64,000 bases of DNA from Desulfobacterales bacterium (GCA_963674755.2 CAXXVS010000001.1:768001-832000); one strand, 5' to 3'. Shown: positions 1-11,655, counted from the stretch's first letter. Numbers and translations are program-made. The notes: generated from the letters alone by a model not told the origin.

Positions 1-1
1 G

Positions 2-76
2 GCTTACGAGCAGGTGGACGCGCGGCCGGGGGAGACCTTGCAGGTGCTCCTTACCTATGGGAAGCTTTCAGGGTGA
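2..76 (+). CDS. 3' end of a gene, probably a zinc-binding alcohol dehydrogenase-family oxidoreductase (partial)
   Basis: Frame 2 reads AYEQVDARPGETLQVLLTYGKLSG* (TGA 74-76). This resembles C-termini of MDR oxidoreductases that often precede PTPS + glycosyltransferase genes. Confidence 0.45.
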   Translation, partial: AYEQVDARPGETLQVLLTYGKLSG

Positions 77-146
77 TGATCCCGTGTGGTTTGCTTGCGG
101 TTTGGTCAATGAAATTATCATTCAATATCCTAAAGTGTTAAAGCCG

Positions 147-357
147 TTCCTTTTCTTGGATGCGCAAGAAAAGGAACCAAAAGAACGCACCCTGTCACGA
201 GCCCTTCGGGTTCGCCTGCGCGTCGAGGCCGGACCCGGACGCGCCGGAACTCGCCCGCCTTCGCTTTGGCGACGGCGGACTCAGACAGCCGCCGCGTCTT
301 TATCGGCTCCAGCCTTGATGCTCGGCCTCGTGACAATGGGAATCGGAAACCAACACC
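147..357. repeat. Structured dispersed repeat, family R1 (diverged copy)
   Basis: Shares ordered motifs TTTTCTTG..CAAGAAAA, CCTGCGCGTCG, AACTCGC..CTCAGACAG, GATGCTCGGC and ACAATGGGAA with the copies at 23.5, 36.8 and 37.3 kb. Confidence 0.75.
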
Positions 358-418
358 AATTAGGAAATGCTTCTTCGGCCTATAGTCATTTCAATCCTAC
401 AACATCTAAAGACATTCT

Positions 419-1087
419 ATGGATAGCCTTCCGATAGCTTCGACGGCCCTGCGTTGGCTAGCAGGGGCGACGATTATCTTCCAGCTTGGCCTTATGGCGG
501 CCATGCCCCTTCCCAGTCCGGTGGCCATCCGGCGGATGTGGACCCGCCACGGAAGAGATGAATCATCTTCCGGGAACATGGGACCAAGCGATCCTGTTGC
601 GGCACGCCTGCTGCCAGTGGTGGCCCTGGTCGGGCTGCTGGCGGTTATTGCGGCCGTCATTTGGTCCGGGAGCATTGCGACGTTGCTTCTGCCCGCGGGC
701 ACCCGATTCCCTGGCTGGTTGGCCCCGGCCGGCGGCTTGTGTATTCTGGCGGGCAATGCCTTGATCGGCTCGGCCATATCGGCTTTAAGGCGCCATACCC
801 GCTTCGACGCTGTCGGGCAGAGCCGTCAACTTGTAACCGGGGGTGTCTTCGCTCTCATCCAGCATCCCATCGCGGGCGGTACGGGAATGATCTATCTGGG
901 ATTCTTTCTGATCCTGCCAAGCCCCCTGGTGCTGGCGGGACTGGGGTGCTACGGATGGCACCAGAAGCGCCGGCTGGCCTCTGAAGAAGTTCTCCTGTCC
1001 GAAAAATTCGGGCCGTCCTACCAGAATTACCGGTGCCGGGTGGGGCGGTTTTGGCCGCGCTGGCCCGGCGGCGCCGGAAACGTTTAA
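419..1087 (+). CDS. Isoprenylcysteine carboxyl methyltransferase / PEMT-family membrane protein
   Basis: TM helices; LVTGGVFALIQHP and EEVLLSEKFGPSYQNYRCRVGRFWP match ICMT-family C-terminal motifs. Confidence 0.75.
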   Translation: MDSLPIASTALRWLAGATIIFQLGLMAAMPLPSPVAIRRMWTRHGRDESSSGNMGPSDPVAARLLPVVALVGLLAVIAAVIWSGSIATLLLPAGTRFPGWLAPAGGLCILAGNALIGSAISALRRHTRFDAVGQSRQLVTGGVFALIQHPIAGGTGMIYLGFFLILPSPLVLAGLGCYGWHQKRRLASEEVLLSEKFGPSYQNYRCRVGRFWPRWPGGAGNV

Positions 1088-1112
1088 ACCATTGTCATAA
1101 GGGGGTACGCTT

Positions 1113-1493
1113 ATGTACACACTCGGGCTGAGCCGCGATTTTAAAGCACGTCATTTCCTGGTGGGCGGCGACTGGGGCCCGGAAAACGATCCCCACGAGC
1201 ACGCCTATCGCGTGGAAATCCGTCTGGCGTCGGAGGCGCTCGACCAGCACGGCTATATTGTGGACCTGGACGATCTCAACCCCCTCCTGGACCGGGTGGT
1301 CGACCGCTACCAGGATCGGCTGCTGAATGACCTGCCCGAATTCGCAGGCCTCAATCCCAGCATCGAACACCTGAGCCGGTTTTTCTTCCAGCGGCTGGCA
1401 GATGGCCTGGAAGGACAAGACGTCAAATTGATCGAGGTGCGCATCTGGGAGACGGACAAGGCTTGGGCTTCCTACCGGGAACGCTTCCGGTGA
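1113..1493 (+). CDS. 6-pyruvoyl/6-carboxy-tetrahydropterin synthase (QueD/PTPS) family protein
   Basis: FKARHFL, HEHAYRVE, LNDLPEF, NPSIEHL and VRIWET..AWASY motifs. Confidence 0.85.
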   Translation: MYTLGLSRDFKARHFLVGGDWGPENDPHEHAYRVEIRLASEALDQHGYIVDLDDLNPLLDRVVDRYQDRLLNDLPEFAGLNPSIEHLSRFFFQRLADGLEGQDVKLIEVRIWETDKAWASYRERFR

Positions 1494-2569
1494 ACATCGG
1501 GCTTGTGATCTACGGCCCCCTGGATACCCTCACCGGCGGTTATCTTTACGATCGGGAGATGGTGACGGCCCTGGAGAAAAGGGGGCACCGGGTGGCGGTG
1601 GCGAGCCTGCCCATGGTGCCTTATCCGCTGCGGCTGGCCTTCAACGGGCGGCAGCGCAGGCTGACCGCCCGGATGCCGGGCGGGCTGGACGTTCTCATCC
1701 AGGACGAACTCTGTCACCCCTCCCTGATCCGCCTGAACGCCCGGCGGCACGGCCGCCCCTGCCCGGTCGTCGCCCTGGTGCACCAGGTGTTGTGTGACGA
1801 ACCCCGCGCGCCCTGGCGGAATCGCCTGCTGCGCCAGGTGGAGAAGCGTTACCTGGACGGGGTGGACGCTTTCATCTTCAATTCCCGCACCACCCGGGAC
1901 ACGGTCTGGCGCCTGACCCCCGGGGATCGTCCGCATGTGGTGGCCCCTCCCGGGGGCGATCGTCCGGGACCCCGCCCGACGCCCAAGACCATTGCGCTCC
2001 GGGACCAGAACAGCGGGCCGCTACGCCTGTTGTTTCTGGGCAACCTCATCCCCCGCAAGGGGCTGCTGCCCCTGATCGAGGCCTTGGCAGGCCTGCCGCG
2101 GGACATCTGGACTTTGCGCGTGGCGGGCCGTCTGGACATGGACCGCACTCATGTCCGCCGGGTGCGGCGCCTCCTCCGGCATTGGGGTTTGATGGACCGG
2201 GTGCGTTTGCTCGGCCCGCGGGAAGGGTCCCTGCTGGCAGACGAACTGGCCCGGGCCCAGGTACTCTGCATGCCCTATGCCTACGAGGGCTTCGGCATGG
2301 CCACCCTGGAGGCCCAGGGCTTCGGTCTGCCGGTGATCGGAAGCCGGGCGGGCGCCACCCGGGAGCTGGTGGAGAGCGGTGTGAACGGCTATCTGGTGCA
2401 GCCCGGGGATCATGCCGCCGTACGGAGGACCGTTGTCGATCTTCATCAGGACCGGCCCGCTCTGGCCAGGATGAGCCTGGCCGCCCGCCGGCGGTTCGAC
2501 GCGCATCCCACCTGGGAGGGCTCCATGGGGCTCCTGGCCTCCTTTTTGGAACATCTTGTCGCCCCGTGA
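1490..2569 (+). CDS. Glycosyltransferase family 4
   Basis: TGGYLYDR, GNLIPRKG and YEGFGMATLEAQGFGLPVI motifs. The GTG start overlaps the PTPS stop (GTGA). Confidence 0.9.
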   Translation: MNIGLVIYGPLDTLTGGYLYDREMVTALEKRGHRVAVASLPMVPYPLRLAFNGRQRRLTARMPGGLDVLIQDELCHPSLIRLNARRHGRPCPVVALVHQVLCDEPRAPWRNRLLRQVEKRYLDGVDAFIFNSRTTRDTVWRLTPGDRPHVVAPPGGDRPGPRPTPKTIALRDQNSGPLRLLFLGNLIPRKGLLPLIEALAGLPRDIWTLRVAGRLDMDRTHVRRVRRLLRHWGLMDRVRLLGPREGSLLADELARAQVLCMPYAYEGFGMATLEAQGFGLPVIGSRAGATRELVESGVNGYLVQPGDHAAVRRTVVDLHQDRPALARMSLAARRRFDAHPTWEGSMGLLASFLEHLVAP

Positions 2570-3047
2570 TCCGTTGCCGCCAATACCGATACGACGATCC
2601 GCCCTCCTTTTTCCGGACCCGGGCTTTCTTGACATCCATGGGGGCATCATTAAGGTTCGGTGAATAAGACCCTTAACGCCGTTTTACCGCTGCCAAACAC
2701 GAGGGCGTGTATTACGGGGAGGAAAAAATTCCTTAGGCTGACGCCGTTATTCCTTACGCGACCGCAAATCCCATCTCACCGCACGGTGCTCCGCCCATCT
2801 CTCCAAGTCTTATGCTTTTTTGCCGGCCTAGGCCCAAGTCAGGCGAACGCGGTCGTTGGTATCCTCGATCGTCTTAGCGTTTCGTTCCCAGTATGGCCAA
2901 CGCCTGTTCCGCTCGTTTCGAAGGGGGCAGGTGAGCGAAGCGTCCGCCGACCGCAAGCCCGGCGCACAATCGACCCAATCGTTCATTGGAACCGCCGTCG
3001 ACGCCGCGTCTGCCGTCGACATAGGATTTCACCCAAAGGAGGCTGCC

Positions 3048-4658
<1,611 letters not shown>

Positions 4659-4885
4659 GCCTTCCCCACGGAACGCCGCGATGGGCGCCGATCACATCCC
4701 TGGCCGCGGGCCGGCCTTTGCAGGACGGCCCGCATCCGGGATGCATCGATGAAGGGGCGGGCAGAAGGGCTGGCCGGTCGCCCATCGGCGCCGTCCGGAA
4801 CATCGTCGCCATGAGCGCCGACCCGCTGTGCTCCTTCCCGCAATGCGCCTTTCCACCCTTTTCCGACCGGCATCGAGGTAACGCT

Positions 4886-5587
4886 ATGAAAACGTTGCTA
4901 GCATTGACCATCTTCGGTTTGCTTTCGGTTTCGGTCCCGGCCGATGTCGCCGAGCCGGTTTACGTGGTGCGGTTCGACGACTACCGGGTGGGATCCGTGG
5001 AGGATTGGCTGCGCGGCAAAGGATTCCAGTTCGAGCAGGATGCCAAGCGGCGCGAGCGCATCGGCCTGGAGGCCGAAAAGGGCCGCCTGACTGTCGAAGC
5101 CAGGCGGCCCGCTTTCGGGATCATGCCCGACGAGGCCGCCAACGTTCCGGAGTTCACGTATGTGGAGATCGATTGGGGGGTCGACAAATTTCCCGCCGGG
5201 GCTTCCTACGAGCAGGGAGTGCGCAACGAGGCGCTTATCGTCATGGTCTTTTTGGGCGATGAACGCCAGCCCAGCGGCGCTTTTTTCATCCCCGACAGCC
5301 CTTATTTCATTGCCCTTTTCCTCTGCCACGGCGATGACCGCGTCGATCACCCCTACGTCGGGTCCTACTTCAAGAAGAGCGGCCGCTACGTTTGCGCCGC
5401 GCAGCCCAAGCCGGGCGAAGTGGTGACCACCCGCTTCAATCTGTTGCAGGCCTATCGGTCCTACTTCGACAAGGAGGGCGACGACGATCCGGCCGTCTCC
5501 GGAATTGCCCTGGCCCTGGACACCAAGAAGGCGGGCGACGGGGGCCGGGCATCCGCTTTTATCCGGGAGATTCGTTTTTTCAATTGA
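4886..5587 (+). CDS. Secreted hypothetical protein (possibly DUF3047-like)
   Basis: MKTLLALTIFGLL signal peptide after a GAGG RBS. This is the coding part of ORF 4148..5587. Confidence 0.6.
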   Translation: MKTLLALTIFGLLSVSVPADVAEPVYVVRFDDYRVGSVEDWLRGKGFQFEQDAKRRERIGLEAEKGRLTVEARRPAFGIMPDEAANVPEFTYVEIDWGVDKFPAGASYEQGVRNEALIVMVFLGDERQPSGAFFIPDSPYFIALFLCHGDDRVDHPYVGSYFKKSGRYVCAAQPKPGEVVTTRFNLLQAYRSYFDKEGDDDPAVSGIALALDTKKAGDGGRASAFIREIRFFN

Positions 5588-5742
5588 GGCCTGCGGCTCC
5601 CCCCCCCCGCCTTGCCATCACCCGCCGCCGGAATCATGCATTGTCAAAATCAATCGCTACCCTCTGTTGGCATCGAATTTAAAAATTTGATCCAGCCCTC
5701 CAGGTTCTGTATTTAAGTCCATATATTGGTCATTTGCTCATT

Positions 5743-5887
5743 AGTGTCCATCCATAAATGGCATCTTTCGGCCCCTGGCGGCGTTCTCGCCTCCTGTCGG
5801 TCCTCGGCGTAGCCGGGCTACGCCTGCGGGCGTCCGTCGGCTGCGGCCTTGCCAGCAACCAAAATCTACCATTTATGGATGGACACT
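5743..5887. mobile_element. MITE-like element, family R2
   Basis: Perfect 19-bp terminal inverted repeats AGTGTCCATCCATAAATGG / CCATTTATGGATGGACACT. CATT is directly repeated on both flanks (5739-5742, 5888-5891). Internal hairpins; non-coding. Confidence 0.75.
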
Positions 5888-5947
5888 CATTAAGAAAAAC
5901 TCCCCGGGCGGAGAGAATTGCCGTGGGAGACCTTGGGAGCGCCTTGC

Positions 5948-6151
5948 ATGAAGCTCATCTTTGTCTGCCCCGAGCACAACAAGGTGTTTGAAAGTGCGCA
6001 ATACCGGGTGCTGGAAAACAAGGGCGTGGTGTGTGATGCGGCCGGCAACCGCTCATTGGATGCCAAAGTTGCGCCGGAGACCCCCTGCCCCTTCTGCGGG
6101 AAAATGCATGTCTATCATGCCAGCGAGCTATCGTGTCCGTTCGGTGGCTAA
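5948..6151 (+). CDS. Small Zn-ribbon-like hypothetical protein
   Basis: MKLIFVCPEH...CPFCGKMH...LSCPF; GGGAG RBS; lies just upstream of yedE. Confidence 0.6.
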   Translation: MKLIFVCPEHNKVFESAQYRVLENKGVVCDAAGNRSLDAKVAPETPCPFCGKMHVYHASELSCPFGG

Positions 6152-6184
6152 GTCAGCAGCGAATTTTCAGAGAGGAGGAGGGAG

Positions 6185-7279
6185 TTGATGCAAGGGAAAA
6201 ACATTTTTGCGACACGCGGGGGTATCATCGGCGTGGGCGCCCTGATCGGTGTTCTGGCGCCTGTGCTGCAGAAACTCGGCAATCCCGGTAATATGGGGAT
6301 CTGCGTGGCCTGCTTCGAGCGGGACATTGCCGGTGCCGTGGGGCTCCACCGGGCGGCGGTGGTGCAGTACGTGCGCCCCGAGATCATCGGTTTCGTGCTC
6401 GGTGCGATGGCGGCCGCCTACCTTTTCAAAGAATTCCGGCCCCGGGTGGGCTCGGCCCCCATCGTGCGGTTTGTTCTGGGGGCCTTTGCCATGATCGGTG
6501 CCCTGGTTTTTCTGGGCTGCCCCTGGCGGGCCGTGCTGCGGCTGGCCGGTGGTGACGGCAATGCCATTGCAGGGATCTTGGGCCTGACCTTCGGCATCTG
6601 GATCGGTACCCTGTTTCTCAAAAAGGGCTACAACCTGGGGCGCACCCAGGCGACGCACGCCACGGTGGGGTGGATGCTGCCGCTGTTGATGGTGGGGCTG
6701 CTCGCCCTGATGGTTATGTTCCCCCAAGTCGAGGGGCAGGACAAAAGCGGGATTTTGTTCTATAGCCTCAAGGGGCCCGGCGCCATGCATGCCCCGCTGG
6801 TCGTCTCGCTGGTCGTGGGGCTGGGCATCGGTTTTCTGGCCCAGCGCAGCCGGTTCTGCACCATGGGCGCCATCCGGGACACGGTCCTCTTCGGTCAGAC
6901 CCATCTGCTGAGCGGTTTCATCAGTCTGGCCGTGGTGGCCTTTGTGACCAATCTTGTGCTCGGTCAATTCAACCCCGGATTTGCCGGGGAACCCGTGGCC
7001 CATACCATGCAGGTCTGGAATTTCGCAGGCATGGCCCTGGCCGGGTTGGCCTTCGCCCTGGCCGGCGGCTGTCCCGGGCGCCAGCTCTTTCTCTCCGGTG
7101 AGGGGGACGGTGATGCGGCCGTGTTTGTCCTGGGGATGATCGTCGGGGCGGGCTTTGCCCACAACTTCGGTCTGGCCAGTTCGCCCAAAGGGGTCGGTCC
7201 CCACGGCATTGCCGCGGTGGCCGTGGGGTTTGCGGTCTGTCTGTTCATCGGGTTCACCATGCGCCGCAAAGCGGTTTGA
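6185..7279 (+). CDS. yedE: YedE-family putative selenium transporter (YeeE/YedE)
   Basis: GNPGNMGICVACFERD, FLGCPWR, QRSRFCTMG and GGCPGRQL motifs; multi-TM; selD context. Confidence 0.9.
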   Translation: MMQGKNIFATRGGIIGVGALIGVLAPVLQKLGNPGNMGICVACFERDIAGAVGLHRAAVVQYVRPEIIGFVLGAMAAAYLFKEFRPRVGSAPIVRFVLGAFAMIGALVFLGCPWRAVLRLAGGDGNAIAGILGLTFGIWIGTLFLKKGYNLGRTQATHATVGWMLPLLMVGLLALMVMFPQVEGQDKSGILFYSLKGPGAMHAPLVVSLVVGLGIGFLAQRSRFCTMGAIRDTVLFGQTHLLSGFISLAVVAFVTNLVLGQFNPGFAGEPVAHTMQVWNFAGMALAGLAFALAGGCPGRQLFLSGEGDGDAAVFVLGMIVGAGFAHNFGLASSPKGVGPHGIAAVAVGFAVCLFIGFTMRRKAV

Positions 7280-7289
7280 GGAGGTCGCC

Positions 7290-7508
7290 ATGACAGCAAC
7301 AGTGGATGCACGGGGATTGTCCTGCCCCCAGCCGGTCATCATGACCCTGGATGAAATCAAGCAGGGGCAGGAAAATGAGATCATCGTTCTGGTGGATACG
7401 GATACGTCCAAGGAGAACGTCATACGGGCGGCCGAAAGCCAGGCCTGCCGGGTCACGGATGTGGCGCCGGAGGGCGAGGGCTATCGGATCACCCTCGCCA
7501 GGGGGTAG
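7290..7508 (+). CDS. TusA/SirA-family sulfur/selenium carrier
   Basis: VDARGLSCPQPV motif; GAGGAGG RBS. Confidence 0.9.
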   Translation: MTATVDARGLSCPQPVIMTLDEIKQGQENEIIVLVDTDTSKENVIRAAESQACRVTDVAPEGEGYRITLARG

Positions 7509-7511
7509 CTG

Positions 7512-8057
7512 GTGTTCGGTTTCCGGAAAAAGAAGAACAAGGCCAGCCCGGACCATTCCCAGGCCGCGGTGAGTCGCGGCCTGCTGGTTTTCGAGAATAC
7601 GAGCGAGGTCATCCAGGCCGAAAACCTTCTCAAAAAGGCGGGCTGGTCGGTCAGTGTCATGGGCCCGCCCCCGGAGATTCGCACGGGCTGCGATCTGGTG
7701 ATCGTCTTTCCCCTCATGGAGGAGCTGCATATCCTGCGGGAGCTGCGCCGGAAAGCCCTTGAACCCCTGCAGGTGGTGCCGGTTTCGGCCCCCCTGCTGG
7801 CGCCGGTGGACTTGTTTCAAACCAAGGATTTCGGGGACTATCTGATGGTGCGTGCGGCCAACATGAAAATCACGATCGCCAAGGGCAGCCGGCAGATCGT
7901 CAACATCTCCGGGGGCGGCTGCCCGGACGTGCCTTATCTGGCCCAGGCCATGATCGGCCAATCCCTGGCGGCGGCGCCGCGCCCCCGGGACTTGGGGCAT
8001 ACCCTCTGCGGGTATGCCCTGGAGTTGGCCTACCAGGAATTGCTGCGGCAATGTTAG
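7512..8057 (+). CDS. DUF3343 domain protein (putative Se/S carrier) with C-terminal extension
   Basis: FENTSEVIQAENLLK...PPPEIRTGCDL, plus GGGCPDVP and GHTLCG. Confidence 0.75.
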   Translation: MFGFRKKKNKASPDHSQAAVSRGLLVFENTSEVIQAENLLKKAGWSVSVMGPPPEIRTGCDLVIVFPLMEELHILRELRRKALEPLQVVPVSAPLLAPVDLFQTKDFGDYLMVRAANMKITIAKGSRQIVNISGGGCPDVPYLAQAMIGQSLAAAPRPRDLGHTLCGYALELAYQELLRQC

Positions 8058-8941
8058 GCATCGTCGGCACGGTTCCGGATCTGCAATTCCCGCTGGTCCA
8101 TGGCAAGGTCCGCTGGCAGGGCCGTCAGATCCGGATCGAGGGTCACACCATCCCGGTGAACCGGGGCACGCCGGCGCTTATCGCCGCTTCCTTAAGGGCC
8201 TGCGAATGTGCCGGCGGTCCGGAAGTCTACGCCTTCCTGGTGGGCGACACCGGTGTCGGCGAGGGCAGCCGCCGGTTGTATGATTTCCTGGCCAGGCATC
8301 TTCCCGAATTCGATTTACAGGTCTTGACCTTTCACTATCTGCAGCCGGATGTGGACTGGCACGGGCGGGTGCTGCCGGCCGTGCAGACCATGGCCCGGCG
8401 GCCGATCCTGATTGCCGATGCCGGCTTCATGTATGCCGCCAAAATGAGCGGCCAGGCCAGGCACTACGATTTCTTTACGCCGGATGTGGGCGAACTGGCC
8501 TTTCTGGCCGATGACCAGGCGCCCCATCCTTTTTACACCCGGGGTTTTATTCTGCACCAGGAGCACCAAGTGCCCGATCTTATCCGGCAGGCCTACGGAC
8601 ACGGCAATGCCGCCGCCTGCCTGGTGGTCAAAGGATCGACGGACTATATCGTCCATGATGGGAGCATCGCGGCCACCGTGGAGGCGCCCTCCTGCGACGC
8701 CATGGAAGCCATCGGCGGTACGGGCGACACCTTGACCGGCCTGTTGAGCGCTTTTTGCGGGGCGGGGTTCGATCGGATCGAGGCCGCGGTCCTGGCGGCC
8801 CGGGCCAATCGCTGGACCGGCGCTCTGGCCGACCCGACGCCCGCCACTCAGGTGCCGGAACTGATTGACAAGATTCCCGAGGCTGTGTCACATCTGCTGG
8901 ATCACAAGGATTACAGGAGCACACCGCATGGCGGAGCATGA
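8051..8941 (+). CDS. Ribokinase-fold YjeF-C / NAD(P)H-hydrate dehydratase-like protein
   Basis: LIADAG, FTPDVGEL, VKGSTD and AIGGTGDTLTG motifs. Confidence 0.7.
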   Translation: MLGIVGTVPDLQFPLVHGKVRWQGRQIRIEGHTIPVNRGTPALIAASLRACECAGGPEVYAFLVGDTGVGEGSRRLYDFLARHLPEFDLQVLTFHYLQPDVDWHGRVLPAVQTMARRPILIADAGFMYAAKMSGQARHYDFFTPDVGELAFLADDQAPHPFYTRGFILHQEHQVPDLIRQAYGHGNAAACLVVKGSTDYIVHDGSIAATVEAPSCDAMEAIGGTGDTLTGLLSAFCGAGFDRIEAAVLAARANRWTGALADPTPATQVPELIDKIPEAVSHLLDHKDYRSTPHGGA

Positions 8942-9977
8942 ACCCATTCGCCTGACCCAAAGCGTGGCCGGGGCCGGCTGAGCGTCCAAACTGGCGCCAG
9001 GGGACCTGGACCGAGCACTTTGTGGCCTGACGTTTCCCACCGACGGGAACGTCCTGGTGGGGCTGGACCGGGCCGACGACGCCGGGGTCTACCAAGTCTC
9101 CGAAGAGCTGGCCCTTATCCAGACCGTGGACTTCTTCACGCCCATTGTGGATGATCCTTATATGTTCGGGCAGATCGCCGCGGCCAACGCCCTCAGCGAT
9201 GTCTACGCCATGGGGGGCGTGCCCAAAACCGCCATGAACCTGGTGGCCTTCCCGGCCAAAGACATGGATTTGAGTGTGCTGCGCGGGATCATCCAGGGCG
9301 GAATCGACAAGCTGGTGGAGGCCGAGGTCGTCCTCTTGGGCGGGCACAGCGTCGAGGACAAGGAGTTGAAGTACGGCTTGTCGGTGACGGGTTTTGTGCA
9401 CCCGGACCGGGTGCTCACCAAGCAGAATCTGCAGCCGGGCGACCGGCTGGTGCTCACCAAACCGCTGGGCACGGGCATCGTCAATACCGCGATCAAAGCG
9501 GGCATGGCCTCGCCGGCCCTCACGGAAACGGTGACCCGCCTGATGGCGGCCTTGAATCGCGAGGCCGCCCGTATTATGGCGCGTTTCGCGGTGAACGCCT
9601 GCACCGATGTGACCGGTTTCGGCCTGATGGGCCACCTGGCGGAAATGGTGGCCGGCTCGGGCTGGAGTGTGCGGATCCTGGCCGCACAAGTTCCGTTCAT
9701 CGAAGGGGCCCTGACCTTTGCGGAAATGGGCCTGATTCCGGCGGGTGCCTACCGGAACCGCGAGTTCCGGGCGGCCATGATCGCCGTCGCGGACGACGTA
9801 CCGCGGGGGCGGCAGGATTTTCTCTTCGACCCCCAGACCTCGGGCGGGCTGCTGATCAGCGTGAAGGGGAACCAGGCCGACACCCTTGTGAACGCCTTGC
9901 AGGCGGCCGGAATGGCCGAAGCCGCTCTCATCGGCGAGGTGCTCGACGCGCCGGACGAGAAGATCTATGTTGTCTAG
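8928..9977 (+). CDS. selD: Selenide, water dikinase (selenophosphate synthetase), itself a selenoprotein
   Basis: ATG 8928 gives MAEHEPIRLTQSVAGAG-U(TGA 8979-8981)-ASKL, in frame with ORF 9057..9977. DDAGVY, TVDFFTP, ANALSDVYAMGG and DPQTSGGLL motifs. Confidence 0.96.
8997..9009 (+). promoter_or_regulatory. Candidate bacterial SECIS apical hairpin in selD
   Basis: CCAGG-GGA-CCTGG begins 15 nt after the in-frame UGA, with G in the loop. Confidence 0.65.
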
Positions 9978-10377
9978 ACGCCACCACATGTCCATCCAGA
10001 AATGACATCTTTCGACCCCTGGCCCACCGCCGATGGACCGGGTCCCCGAATGGGGATAAATCAACTTGATCCCGCCCTGCCATCCCGCGCGGGAAACCAT
10101 CGATAGAAAATACCAATCGGGCGCTATTCGGCCATTTCTATTATCGATTTGACTTATCGCCTGTTTCCATCAAAGATACCGGCCACTATTTCCTCGAAGG
10201 GCCTTTCATGACGTACGTTTTCGGATTCACATGAGCGCCTCAGCCGCAAGCCAACCGTGTTTGTTCGGCAGGAATGTGAACTGAAATCGGCCAACCGCCG
10301 ACATCCTCTTCGTTGCATGTCATTCATGCGTCTTGGGCGCTGCGTCGCTTAAAGACCTATTTTTTCAGGAGGTGGGT

Positions 10378-11655
10378 ATGAGTGAAGACTATCGCGCCAT
10401 GTGGGAACAATTGGGGCTTGATCTCGAGGCCCATGACGGCCTGCTGGGGGTTTTAAACCAGGCCTATCAGGATATTTACCTGGCCCAGGCCGACCGGCCG
10501 GAAGGTATGGGCTATTTCGACTTTGTCATGAGCGAGGTGCATGGGCTGCGCATCAAGGAACTGCTGGATGAAAAGGCCGCGGGCCGCAAGATTATCGGCT
10601 CCTATTGTGTCTTCGTGCCCGAAGAGATCGTCCTGGCGGCCAATGCCACCCTGGTGGGCCTTTGTTCGGGAGCCGATTTCGCCATGGAAGAAGTGGAAAA
10701 GCTCCTGCCGCGCAATACCTGCGCTTTGATCAAGTCCTCCTTCGGTTTCAAACTGGGCAAGGTGTGTCCCTACCTGGAAAGCGCCGACATGATCGTGGGT
10801 GAGAACACCTGCGACGGAAAGAAAAAGGCCTATGAGTCCCTGGGACCGCTGGTTAACCAACTCTATGTAATGGATCTGCCCCAAGTGAAGTCCGATCAGG
10901 GGAAGGCCCTGCTGCGGGCCGAATACGACCGCTTCAAGACCGCGGTTGAACAATTGACCGGGGTGACGGTCACGGCCGAATCCCTGCGGGCCGGCATCGA
11001 GGCGGTCAATGCCAAACGGGCCGCCATGCACCGTCTGGCCGTCCTGCGCCAGGCCGATCCGGCGCCCATTTCCGGGCTGGATGCCCTCCTGGCCAACCAG
11101 GTCTTCTTCTATGACAATCCGGCCCGCTTCACCGCCTCGGTGAACAAGATCTGCGACGAACTGGAGCAGCGCATTGCGAACAAGGTGGGGGCTTTCAACG
11201 CCGGGACGCCGCGTGTGCTTGTCGCCGGCTGCCCCCAGGCGGTGCCCAACTGGAAGCTGCCCTGGATCATCGAAACCTCCGGGGCGGTGATCGTGGGTGA
11301 GGAATCCTGTGTGGGCGAACGGGGCACCCGCAACTTCACCAAGACGACGGGCGACACCGTCGAGGAAATGATGGCGGCCATCGTGGACCGCTATTTTGAG
11401 GTGGACTGCGCCATCTTCACCCCCAATCCCCAGCGCCTGACCCACATCGAGAATATGGTGGCCGACTACCGGGCCGACGGCGTGATTCATTACGGCCTCC
11501 AGTTCTGCCAGCCCTACCTCATGGAGTCGATGCCGGTGGAAAAGGCCTTGGAAGACAAGAATATTCCCTGCTTGAGAATCGAAACCGACTACAGCATGGA
11601 AGATGTGGGCCAGTTGAAGACCCGTATAGAAGCCTTTATCGAGCAGCTGCGCTAA
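10378..11655 (+). CDS. Double-cubane [8Fe-9S] cluster protein (2-hydroxyacyl-CoA dehydratase family, YjiM-like)
   Basis: N-terminal WxxLGLDLExHD..RPEGMGYFD. Cys motifs YCVFVP, GLCSG, RNTCAL, NTCDGKK, AGCP, EESCVG, DCAIF and QFCQPY. Confidence 0.85.
   Translation: MSEDYRAMWEQLGLDLEAHDGLLGVLNQAYQDIYLAQADRPEGMGYFDFVMSEVHGLRIKELLDEKAAGRKIIGSYCVFVPEEIVLAANATLVGLCSGADFAMEEVEKLLPRNTCALIKSSFGFKLGKVCPYLESADMIVGENTCDGKKKAYESLGPLVNQLYVMDLPQVKSDQGKALLRAEYDRFKTAVEQLTGVTVTAESLRAGIEAVNAKRAAMHRLAVLRQADPAPISGLDALLANQVFFYDNPARFTASVNKICDELEQRIANKVGAFNAGTPRVLVAGCPQAVPNWKLPWIIETSGAVIVGEESCVGERGTRNFTKTTGDTVEEMMAAIVDRYFEVDCAIFTPNPQRLTHIENMVADYRADGVIHYGLQFCQPYLMESMPVEKALEDKNIPCLRIETDYSMEDVGQLKTRIEAFIEQLR

Noticed and set aside
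9057..9977. selD as listed in the ORF track, or selD as a pseudogene
   Set aside because: The upstream in-frame TGA falls at the known Sec/Cys active-site position and is followed by a SECIS-like hairpin.
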